Of a stretch of 34,370 nucleotides of DNA, positions 11,349-22,272 are shown piece after piece (position 1 is the first letter of the stretch; each line of letters starts with the position of its first letter). Below the pieces are notes generated by a model. The model ran no database searches. It saw only the letters and a list, made by a program, of their open reading frames with translations, and was not told where the DNA came from. This DNA comes from Atractiella rhizophila (Eukaryota): the NCBI GenBank assembly GCA_021432655.1, contig MU271660.1, forward strand, positions 1 through 34,370, given 5' to 3'. The position numbers and the translations under genes are program-made.

Positions 11349-12408
11349 GCCCACGTCCTCGTCCTGGGCTGCACGCCGGTCCTCCTGCCTACCGCCTCGT
11401 ACCTAGCCCTGTACGCACGATGCCGTTCCTCCGCCGCCTCGTGTCTGGCTGCGAACGAACCTGACCCGGCAGCACTGGATGCGTAAGGTCCTTCTGACCC
11501 GAACCCTACCCTCCCACCACGCTTCAAGCTCTCGTATACCCGGCTACGGGAGCTAGTCGGACGGTGAGATGGACGAGCGTGGTCTGTGGGAGGACGCCAG
11601 GCGTAGCCGGAAGCGGAGGACCGTGAGGCGTAGGAAGAGTGGGGATGGTGTGCGGTGTGGTGCGGTGGGGGATTGTATGATGATGACGAGGTTGAGTAGG
11701 GGGAGGAATGGGAAAGGGAGGAATCGTATTCGGCTCGTGATCGAGGGTTGGAGAGCACGCTGTATGCGTTCGAGATGTCAGTGTATCGGGAGGCGGAGGT
11801 GGGATTCACGTCGGGGTGGAATTGCTTCGATAACTGGAAGAAACGGTCAGCTAAGCTCCTTCAAGTTCTTGCCGAATCTGAAGGCGGACGGTTAGGCCTC
11901 GTGCATCTGCGGTCAACATGCAGATTTGCAATGTGCTGATAAAAACCCAGCCTGGGTGAAACCATGCATACCGGAGTGAGTTCAGTGCTCAGCTGCCCAC
12001 TTGAGCCAATAGTTGCTAGGTAAAACAGGAAAAATGAGCTGCTTTGAATAATATGGCGTCAAAATACGTCAAAATAATAATAAATCTAGCTGAAAAGTTG
12101 CTGACATGATGCTCTAATCATCTTCATATGAGGAGAAATTGCAACGGGCTCGCAAGTTGAACAAACGCATCAAGCATGAGTCCGAGCGCAGGCAGAGCGA
12201 GAGAGCGAGAGGCAAGCAAAAGCGAGTTTGAACGCACCTTATAGAATTGGTCCTTTATGACCTCTTTAGGAGCATCAGGGTCCACACCCAGGATCTTATA
12301 ATGATCCGGAAGCTGAGAGTGAGCATTGCAAGTCGAGTGGAAGTGGCGCGACGTGAGGATGCGATAACCACGCGAAGTCAGACGAATCGGGGGCATTTGA
12401 ACGTGCAT
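11142..12408 (-). CDS. DnaJ (J-domain) protein with a mitochondrial-type presequence and a C-terminal hydrophobic segment; exons 12408-12238, 11833-11303, 11243-11142
   Basis: Presequence-like IRLTSRGYRILTSRHFHST. Spliced J-domain DHYKILGVDPDAPKEVIKDQFYK|LSKQFHPDVNP..YTDISNAYSVLSNPRSRAEYD contains the HPD motif. Ser/His-rich linker; the last exon encodes FLSAAALIAWAFG. Alternative ATG at 12396. Confidence 0.88.
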
Positions 12409-12682
12409 TGACGCTCTTGGTTCAAATATGTTGGTGCACTTGCACGAATGCAGCTATACTGGCAAGCTGGCTGACGTTGTGATGGATGACTGTTAGGATT
12501 AGATGTCGGACATTTATCACGCATCATTTGAAATTCGTTCAACACACCCAACATTCAAGTATCGCAGGTGTCCCGGCAATCAGCATACAGTGATATCTTA
12601 GGTCTCTTAACGCCAACGAAGCTCTGCATAAGCTTTGGAGCCACCGGGCCAACGACCTCACTGAAAAGTGCAGTCCGTAGCT

Positions 12683-15600
12683 ATGGACTCAGAGAGACAA
12701 CAGAAGAAGCACTCGACCAAAAAACGACTCGCTCCCCTCGCTCTCTTCCTTCTCGGATATCTCACTTTTAGCAATACTCTTTTTAGAAGTCAACCTTTGT
12801 CCACACATAAAGAGCGAACTCCAGTACCCAGTGCTGCCTACGAGAAATGTCAGAACCTCAAAATCGTTCCTGGCGCACCGGCAGACTTTGCAGAGGGACG
12901 CGAAAGGAATGATAGGTTTGTGGAAGGGACGGAGGACGTTTACTTGTTCAACGCAAAAATCTGGACGGGAACTGGTTCAACAGTACGCCTTTTGTTTATA
13001 CATCGCGAGTAAAACTGAAGGCACCACAGCTCGACAACGCTTCTCTCTACCTTTCTCAAGGAGTTATACATTCTATCAACCCCCATTCGGTGCCTGAAGG
13101 AGCTAGACGAGTGGATGCGAACGGCGCGTTTGTCACACCGACGCTCTTCGACATTCACTCGCACTTTGGTGTAGAGCCTGAGCCAGCTCTGGAGGGATCT
13201 ACCGACGGAAATTCGTTGGTTCATCCTATCCGTCCCTTCCTCCGATCCTTGGACAGCTTCCACACCAACGACATGTCCCGCCGTCGTATCCTAGCCGGAG
13301 GAGTCGGCTCCTCCCTCGTCTTTCCTGGAAGCGCAAACAGCATGGGTGGCCAAGCGTTTGTTTTCAAGATGCGCAAAACTCGAGAAAATACTCCAACCAG
13401 TATGCTCCTCGAACCCCCTTGGACTTTGCCCAATATCACCAAGGAGAAAGCTTATGTCCAAAATGGGAGGACGCCGTGGAGGCACATGAAAATGGCGATG
13501 GGAGAAAATCCGAGTCGAGTGTACGGTCTGACGAGGATGGATAGCAGCTGGAATATAAGGTTTGTCCTTTCTTTGCTTATTTTAACCCTTGTAGCTGAAG
13601 GTGAACAAGGTCGACTTTCCAGAAAGCAAAAGACATCATGTTGAAGCAAGATGAGTACTGCGCAAGAGCGGAAGCTGGCGCAATAGAGCAAGATGAAAAG
13701 TTTCCCGAAGAGCTGGAATTTGAGGCTCTCGTCGACGTTCTCAGGTCCGCATCTTTCGGTGCCTCTTTCTTACATGTGCTGAAGACATACCAGGGGAAAG
13801 GTTAAGTTGAACATCCATTGGTGTGTGCTTCCTTTGATATTGCATATCACAACTGAGAAAAGGTAGCTATGAAACAACGGATTTCGATACTGCCATCCGC
13901 CATTCTCAAGAATTCAAATTTCCGATAGCAGGCAAGTCTTCGAATTGACAGTATGGCTTCCACACGTTGACTTGTCCTCAGCATTCCATCACGCACATGA
14001 GGTTCGTCTGTGATACCTTTCGAGCAAGAGCATTTCTCATTTTCCTAAAGGCATATCTAGTTCCAGATCGCTTGAAGGAGACCTACGGTGGCACACCAGG
14101 TGTGTCATCTCCCTGCACTGTCCAAAGTCTTGTCAAACGCGGTGCCAGCTATCGCAATGTTTACAACATTCTATCGATACAAACGCGAGGCGTACCTTGG
14201 TTCTGAATACGCTTCTATCATCCTAAACGAACATGACATCCCTGTATGTCTACGTCTCTTGCGTTTCAAGTTTTCCTTGATCAAAGCAATCAGGTCATCT
14301 TCAAGAGTGACCATTCCTCCTTCCTTGATGCACGGTACCTTCTTTATGATGCCGCCCTGGTATGCCTCCTTCCTCTCCTCTTTCAAAGTGCTCACTGCCG
14401 TCCAAAGGCACACCATTTCGGATTGCCCTCTGAAGTCGCCTTGAAAAGCGTAATCACCACACCTGCTGAGCGAGCAGGCATGGGGCATAGGCTGGGCAAA
14501 ATCAAGGCTGGTTACGACGCTGGTGCGTCCTTACCTGTTGCTGAAGCAAAGGCGCTAAATAAAAGTAGACATCGTCTTGTGGGACAGTCACCCGCTCAGG
14601 TCTCACTCCTCTACCTCGCTCGTTGCTCTTAATACTGACTGAACTGAACTGGGATAGCCTTGGAGCGACACCGAAGCAGGTTTGGATCGACGGAATCCCT
14701 CAAATTGAGCCGTCTTATCCCACGCGCTCCCCAGACCAACCCTCATCCATGGATGCTCCTCCTTCTGCCTCTTTCGAACATCCAACAGCTGAATCTGAAC
14801 TCAAGTTGACGACTACTGAAGGAGATCTGGTCTTGTACAATATATCCAGCATTTTCCGTCGTCTCCCTGACGGGAACATCGAAGAGCAGCAGTTCGAAGC
14901 TGCATCGGATCAAGATCATCAGTTGGTGATTGTCGTTCGCAATGGCAGCATCACATTCTCAGGCGGCGCGCTCCTGTCTTCCTTGGATGTCGGTTTGACG
15001 CGGATCAATTTGCACAGAGGCTCGATTCTTCCCTCTGCAACAACATTTGGGACTCCCATGGGACTTCAAGATATCGCCATGGAGGAGAGCACAATCGATG
15101 GCACTGTGTATGACCCCCTTGTATCTGGCGGGAAGGCGTCGTCCTTGAAGGAGATGTTTGGCTACGATGTGCCTGTCAAGGCGAAGGATGGGATCAGTTG
15201 GGGCGGTAAGGATATGCTGACTTCTGTCAGTGAAGGAGTGACGAAAGCTGTCACGGCTCCGGATTCGAATGGATTCTTCAGTGGGATCAGTACCCATATT
15301 CGACTCGGCGCTGAGAACGGTGTGTTGTCACTCGTACCTTTCGGGGAATGCCTCACTCTTCTCTCAACAGGTCTTGAAGAAGGTGCTTTCGTTGTGGATG
15401 AGGTCGCGCTGCATGTGAATATTGGACACTTCGGCAAGCGACTTCATTTGTTTGCCTCCCAAACGCTGATGGGGATATAGGTCCCAGTATCTCGACTCAA
15501 ATTGGAGCTTTGAGAGAACTTCTCCTCTCTAGAGAATCAGCGTATTTCATGAAAGCTGCTCGAGGTGATATTCCGCTCGTCATTACCGTATATCATGGCG

Positions 15601-16221
15601 ATACCATGACTTCACTCTTGCGGCTGAAGAAAGAAGTAGAAGCTGCTGTTGGGGCTGGATCGATTAAAATGGTTTTTGCCGGCGCAGTGGAAGCCCATCT
15701 CATCGCTGAAGAAATCGTCGAGGCAGGCGTTGGTGTCATCCTTACTATGCCACGGTGTTCCCCTGCCGAATGGGATTACATGAGATGGTACGCTTTCTCA
15801 TCTACTTAAGCCGGAAGACCGATTCCTTCATAGCTTGGACGCCCCACCTCTATCCCCCAATTCTCTCCCCGTCGAACTCACACTCAAAAACGCAACTGTG
15901 GCGTTTGGTGCCTACATGTGGAACTGGAAGGCGAGGCATCAATACTACGAAGCTGCATGGGCGTACAAGACTTCTGCAGGCAGGATTTCGAAAGCGCAGG
16001 CTGTAGCTTGGGCTGCTGGCAACTTAGAGAATCTGCTGGGCCTCCCGAAGCATGATGTTCTGGAACAAGGTGTATTTGCTGACTTTGTGGCTTTCGAGGT
16101 AAGTTCGTTAAGTAAGTTCCAGGCTGCCCGTGTTGAGTTAGGTAAATAGGGCGACCCTTTCGAATTCAGTGGAAGGCCTAAAATGGTTGCTGATGGTTCG
16201 GGAAAGATATTTGTCCTCTGA
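12683..16221 (+). CDS. Metal-dependent amidohydrolase-superfamily protein (two tandem domains, N-terminal membrane anchor), about 16 exons
   Basis: N-terminal hydrophobic stretch LAPLALFLLGYLTF. Motifs VDANGAFVTPTLFDIHSH (HxH), GGVGSSLVFPGSANSMGGQAF, KMAMGENP, spliced NIHCYE, FHHAHE, KSDH and RLGKIKAGYDADIVLWDSHPLSLGATP. The second domain ends ADFVAFEGDPFEF, with stop at 16219-16221. Confidence 0.88.
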
Positions 16222-16431
16222 TCATGTTGTTATCGATTTCACTACCCAGGAGCTTCCTATGCAACTTCTCATGGAGGTGTCTCTCTCCACTCCCAAAACA
16301 TCAAATGGCGCAGTAGGGTTAGGGATGCACGCATTTTGATCGTTTTGATGGGTGACTTTCTGCAAGCAGGGTTTCCTCTGGGGATTCCTCAGAACAAGTT
16401 GCCTCGAAAGCAGCAGCAGTTTATAGCCAGC

Positions 16432-19400
16432 ATGGATCCAGGCCCATATCTTTCTTTCGCACGCTCTCTCTCTGCATCCCGCTCTTCTGGTTCAACCTCC
16501 TCTGCCCTTCTCGATCCAGACACGGGTTTGGTGAAGGAGTTTGTAGAGGAATGTCGAGCTCGGTTTGTCTTTCTGCTTCAGCTCCTGCGCTCTGGGACGG
16601 TCCTTAAGGAAATCACGTTCATGATGTCCGGTGTGATGGTGATAGTGCTGAGAATGAGGAAAGTGAGGCGAAAGACTGGTGGATTGGCGAGTTGGAGGTT
16701 TGGTTGCTTGTACAGCTGCTTTATACGTATGCATGCTTCCATATATCCTCTGCAACGGGTTCACTGCGTTGTGTGACACTTAGGGAGCGTACGAATGATA
16801 CACCTCCAGTGGATGACGAGACACCATTCATGTCTCCCTTGTCACGCGTCCAACGAGGGCTTGCACTGGATCCAGCGCTACGGGAAGTCGCTGTGAGCTG
16901 TCAGATTTTACATCTTCATGAGAGGAGCTAAACTTGGAAACTATGCGAAAGGCGACCAAAGATTGGCTTACCTCTCTCCCTTCTCACCATTTCACCCCCT
17001 GCGAAGTCCGCCGCGGCTATTGGCCCTATACCAAGAATGCATTGAAGCAAAAGACACGAATTAATCCCTCTCTACTCGCAAAAAAAAGTTTGGATCCGGA
17101 TATGGTGTTTCAAGGCGGACGTTTAGAGACAGAGGATGAGGTGAGGTTTTGTCGTCCTCTGAAGGGAAGACCTATTGACGAGAGCATAGATGTATGAGAA
17201 AGCACTCCTGAAGACGGTATGGGAATACACACGCGTAGGAGCTCTTGATTTAGCAGTTGATCTGTGTCGGGAGGCTGGTCAAAGCTGGCGTGCGGCATCT
17301 CTGGAGGGAGGACGAATATTTCATGATCCTGCTCTCTGTGGGTCTCTTCCTCTCCGCAGCTGAAATGCGTGCATGCAATCTGATGGATGGTTGTTGAAGC
17401 CTCGGGAGAAGATATGGACCTTGACTTGAGTGTGGAGGGGACCCGGAATGTCCCTGTTGGGAATGCGCGGAGAGGACTGTGGAAGAAAGTATGTCGCAAT
17501 CTTTCAGCTAATGTACGTATCTACCTTTATCCCCCCCTCTGCGAGAGGGTCTTCTGATAACAGCCATCAGGAACTCCTCGACGTTCATGAAAGGGCAACC
17601 TATGGAGCACTGACTGGCGATCTGAACTCCGTCCTCCCACTCTGCACCACATGGCATGATGCCCTATGGGCCCAGCTCAATTCGCTCTTCGAATCGAAAG
17701 TAGACACCTTCCTTCCTCCGAACCAGAAGTGGGAAGAAGATGAGATGCGAACGCGGTGGGAAGGGAGTACCAAGAGTAACGTTGCAAAAGCCTGCGAAGA
17801 GGTGAAAGCGTATGAGGGAGGGAAAGTATGGCATTTCCTTGAGAAAGCAATCATTGTGGCAAGAGAAGGAGAGGTGGTAGGACATATGGCAGATGGAGTG
17901 ACGGAACTGGGGGATGAGTATGCCACTCTTGTGTGACGGATGACAGCGCTGACCTTGGGTTTCTGAGGCAGGTTTCGTATACACCTGCTGAGGTTCCTCA
18001 GCCATTTCATCCTTTTCCTCAAAGCCTTGGAAATCCCATTACCGCCAAAAGAGAGTAATGACATCCTTCGGATGTATGTCGAGTCCCTTGAGCATGAGTT
18101 CAAGGTTCGTTGCCTCCGCTTCTGCCTCGATCCGATACGTTTACTCATGCTGTTGCACTTGGCAGGATGAAAATCTGCTAGCTTTCTATGCGTCTTTTCT
18201 TGAAGCTGAAGACGCGCATGAATCCTACGCCCATTTTCTTAGAAGTCCGTCTCATAATCTCCTAGCACAACATATCGTTTACGAGTATTCACAGCATTCG
18301 ACCTTAAAACTACGCTCGAACAGCGTCGGGAAGCTCTGTTCAAAGCACACGCCAACGGATTGGACATTGCCAAGGTCGCAGAGCGTGTTCACGAGCTCTT
18401 ACTTCAAGACATGGATCTCGTTTGTCTCTTGCTCCTGCCCATTTGTCTGTCGCTAAGAGCGAAATAATAGGAAGTACCTTCCCTACAACGGGTGCAACTG
18501 GATGGAGATTGGGCTCCGCTTAAACACTCTCAACTCGAAATGCTTCGCGGATTGGAGTGGCTCCAATTCGACAGCAACACTTTCGCTCGTGCGCTCGTGG
18601 AGAGCAACAAGCTTGCCTTATTTTTCTTCGGTATATCGATCCTATTTCACGCGAGCAGTTGATGTTGATCCTTTGCATTCATAGCTGGTGGTCAGATCCA
18701 TGCAGCTTGCGAAGTTCAGGATCGTCTGCCACCAGACTTTCTGCAATTCACCGCTCAGACAGCAGCAGCGAAGGGCCAACTAGAGGAGACGCAACTGGCA
18801 AGGGAGATTGGACTGTTTGACGATCTGAGGAGCATGTGCGATATTGTGAAGTGGATCAGACAGTTCAATATCCTCTTTGCTACTGGGTTCGTCCATAATT
18901 CTCATAGTAAGACTTTTATGCTGAACACAGTCATTAGACAAGACGAACAGCGTGTGAGGGACCTGGTGGAGGACATGTACACGGAGATTATTCCCATGTT
19001 GCAGAAGGATTGGTTGTTACCTAAGTTTCAATCGGCGGATATGACCGGCAAGTCCTTCACCTTGCTCACTTTGAGATTGTCTAAAGTTGAACAGAGCAAA
19101 ACTCAGATTTAGGTCTCATCTCCCTAGTCCGCCGCCTCTACATCCCGGAACTCGTCCTCTCCCTTCACTCCATCCTTTACAGCACTCGAGATCTTATCTC
19201 TTCGTATGTGGACTTATTTCACTTTGCTCATTCATGTCGCTGATGCAAAGAGGATAGCTCATTGTCCCGCGCCATGAGTCTGGCGAATACTGTTGCAGAT
19301 CAGAAGTTTGCGGTCTTCAAAGAGTTCGTGACGGAAGAAGAGAACCGAATGCCCGAGTATCTCCTGGCCCTCAGAGAAGCCGCTCTCGTGGCTGCAGATA

Positions 19401-19447
19401 AGGGAAAAGGAGACCCCTTTCGACTAGTAGCGCTGAATTCGAAATGA
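16432..19447 (+). CDS. NUP84: Nuclear pore Y-complex nucleoporin Nup84/Nup107, multi-exon
   Basis: Spliced motifs ELEVWLLVQLLY, GYWPYTK, SLDPD, AVDLCREAGQSWRAASLEGG, ERATYGALTGDLNSVLPLCTTWHDALWA, LLRFLSHFILFL, LLAFYASFL..ESYAHFL and VRRLYIPELVL. Confidence 0.92.
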
Positions 19448-19971
19448 ATGGATTTTTTATTTCAAGAGTGAGTAGTATGTCCCACATCTAACGCCCAAAA
19501 TGTGAGATTGAATTGAGCGGAAGCCTTGAGTCTCAGGATCGAGCTGCCCATTTGCGTTTTTGAATATTGGCATCCTGCATCAGTAGCATCAGCTCCAGTA
19601 TCAAGACTTAAATTTTAACATTGATTCAGCGCCACGTCCTAAGGAGCCACATGCCCTGTCACATCTTCCCACTAGCCCACTAGAGCTACATCTTCCTGTT
19701 GGCCATTGTTTTTGATGGAAGTGGCTTAGATTTCGTCAGAATCACATTCTTGATAATCGATTGAACACTGTATATAACCCCGCTACTGGTCATGGCCAAT
19801 AATCTTAAGCTTGCAGACCTTGCCTCTCAGCGAAAAGCATTTTGCCTTGAGCGGTGTTTATTTTTGTTATCGCCGAGAGATTGCTTTACTTTCTTGCTCT
19901 CTTTCCTTTTCCAGCCTTGTTACGTCAGATTGGCGAACATAGTTACGTCGCATAAGAGCGAAGGAAGGTAG

Positions 19972-20012
19972 AGGTTACTGCCTGCAGTAACCTATTCAGG
20001 CAGTAACCTATT
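19972..20012. repeat. Compact inverted/direct repeat cluster
   Basis: AGGTTACTGCCTG (19972-19984) is the perfect reverse complement of CAGGCAGTAACCT (19997-20009). GCAGTAACCTATT also occurs twice directly (19984-19996, 20000-20012). Confidence 0.85.
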
Positions 20013-20177
20013 GTCAGTGAATCGAACTGGCCAACTTTAATCCGTCTTTAGCTGGCACTTAAACATATGTGTCTTAGGATTGCCAGTGCGTTCTTAGCTC
20101 ATCGTCTTTGAAGCGTCCAACGTTCAGTTGTGATTCTTGGATGAACCAGCAAGGCCGCAATCACATTCCCTTCAATC

Positions 20178-21949
20178 ATGTCGGTTCTAGTCAGCGCCTC
20201 CCAGACATCTCGGCGCGATTGCAGTCCGGCATTCCATGCAGCGCCAGGGTGCAAGTTGACAGTGGCAGCGCTTTGTAGCGATGCGGTCCACAAATTGCTG
20301 CAACATAGGCAGCATGCGTCTCAAGTCCTCATCTACCTTTCTTTCATGGACGATGCGGCAGAAACCGACTCTCACTCCGTTCTAGAAGCTGACCTGCACC
20401 TCCCTCTCGCTCTCACGATTGGAATACAACAAAATTCCTCGCTCTCGCTACAGTTAACACAAAACTGTGTGGCAGCTGAGCCAGTCTTGCTTCTTGATGT
20501 CAATCAGTCTGCTTTTGGAACCGTAGTCTCAGCAAAACTCCCTGCTGAATTGTTACAACAGGATCTCCATATTAACCTTCACCTTTTCGAGCGATGGGAG
20601 CATAGTCCATTCCTCCACCTGCCAGCGGAGCTCATTTTGGCTTGTTTGACATCACTCTGTCATCCACCACCTGACGATATGAACAACCTTCATGAGCAAC
20701 TTCCACAATACAAATCGAACTTACGAAATATCAACACATTCCGATTAGTTTGTCGAGAGTTTGCTCGAATCGGCACCACAGCATTGTTCCGCCAAATTGG
20801 TGGATTGATGGAATATCGGAATGGTCCACTTTGGGATGAGGAATACCATCTCAACGTCGTCAAATTCATCAGACGTTATGGCGAAGGTCTGCTTCCTTGG
20901 ATCAAGATGATTCGCTTACGGGAACAATTTTTCAAGTCCGTACATCAAGCCTGGAAGCTAGGCATAACCATATGCGATTCTGCGTTCAATCTCCGTTTCG
21001 TTTCTTGGGACATCCGTCCGCCACAGGATGTTCCAACACGTCAGCGTATCATGAACGTATTCGGTCGAATGGAGAAGCTGGACAGTCTAAAAATCCGAGG
21101 ACTCGCAGCCCATGGAGCTTCTCGATGGCGGTTTGAGGACCTTACCTTATTGTTTGAGCAAGGCCGCCAATTAAATCTATCCGAACTGATACTTTGCGGG
21201 CATGACTTGTTAGATTTTGTTGACCATCGGCTTCCTGTCCAATTTACCACAAACCTCAACTCGTTCGAGCTCGTAGACTGCAAGGTTCCCCATGACTTCT
21301 GGAGCTGGGCGGCACGGTATTTGTGCCCGAAACTAGAATACGTCGCACTCGATGGTTTCTGGCCATCACCATCATACGACTCAAAAGCTTTCGGCGACTT
21401 CATCAGCGATGCCGGACAAGTTTTGCACGACATTCGTATCACCCATCAGATATTGAGCAAGGACGTTATAGATCAGTTCTCCTCCGCTACGTTTCCTTGC
21501 CCTCTTGACGACGCCATCAAGACGTGTCTGTGCGTTCTTGACTCGCCTTTTTGGCATGACGTTAACTTGGAGGCAGCAACCTGACCTGGCTTTTTATTGA
21601 CGCAGGCACAGAAGGCAGCAATCTAGTCTCGTCCTCTTTCTTGGATTCCCTCTTCTGTCCTCACCTCCGACTTGTTCATATTCTCTACTGCAACCACAGC
21701 GTAGAACAGGTGTTACGATGGTGTGACCGACAGGTTGAAGCTGGTGTGAAGAAGGTGATGGTTGTTTGGGCAGAACTTTGGGGCGATCCCGAACTTGAAG
21801 AACGGCTCCTACCGATATTAAGACGCATTGAACCTGATATTATTCCCGAACTTGCTCCCACCGGAGCTGAAACCTGGATATTCAAGGTCAAGAGCTATCG
21901 CTTGTTCTGGGCGGTCAGTGGGCATACTAATGAGTTTGAGCATTGGTAA
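20178..21949 (+). CDS. F-box-like/LRR-like protein, paralog A; exons 20178-21529 and 21577-21949
   Basis: FLHLPAELILACL...FRLVCREFARI resembles a fungal F-box. Repeated LxxLxL units follow (LDSLKI, LSELIL, LNSFEL, CPKLEYVAL, CPHLRLVHI). Intron GTGCGT...GGCAG restores the frame. Colinear with paralog B. Confidence 0.7.
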
Positions 21950-22272
21950 CCCTGTTCGAAATGATGATTTCATACTATAAATTAACAAGTTTATTCAGGT
22001 TGCATTCAGTCAAGTCAAATGTTGCATTTCATTCAACTGCTCGCCGAAAATCCAAAGTTACTGCAATGAAAGCCTAAGCGTGAACTAAAGAGATTTATAT
22101 GAAGAATGACAACGCTCCTCAAGCACTTGGTAAACGCCACATATATACTACTAGTGGACTCGGTTGGAAGCGGTTTCCGCTTTGAAGTGTAATGTTGACC
22201 TTGCTTTGCCTTAGGTTTCCCGCCTCATAAAAGGGCCAACTGAGGACCTGCCATACATGCATCTGTACTAAC

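Noticed and set aside
11834..12237. TPP riboswitch in the long DnaJ intron
   Set aside because: The conserved CUGAGA and UGAU..GNAAU..CAGCG cores are not present, and the host gene is unrelated to thiamine metabolism.
17600..18148. 182-aa minus-strand ORF, plus similar shadow ORFs opposite SCH9, the amidohydrolase, the F-box genes and the SMG7-like gene
   Set aside because: They overlap well-supported genes on the opposite strand or frame and show no recognisable domains.
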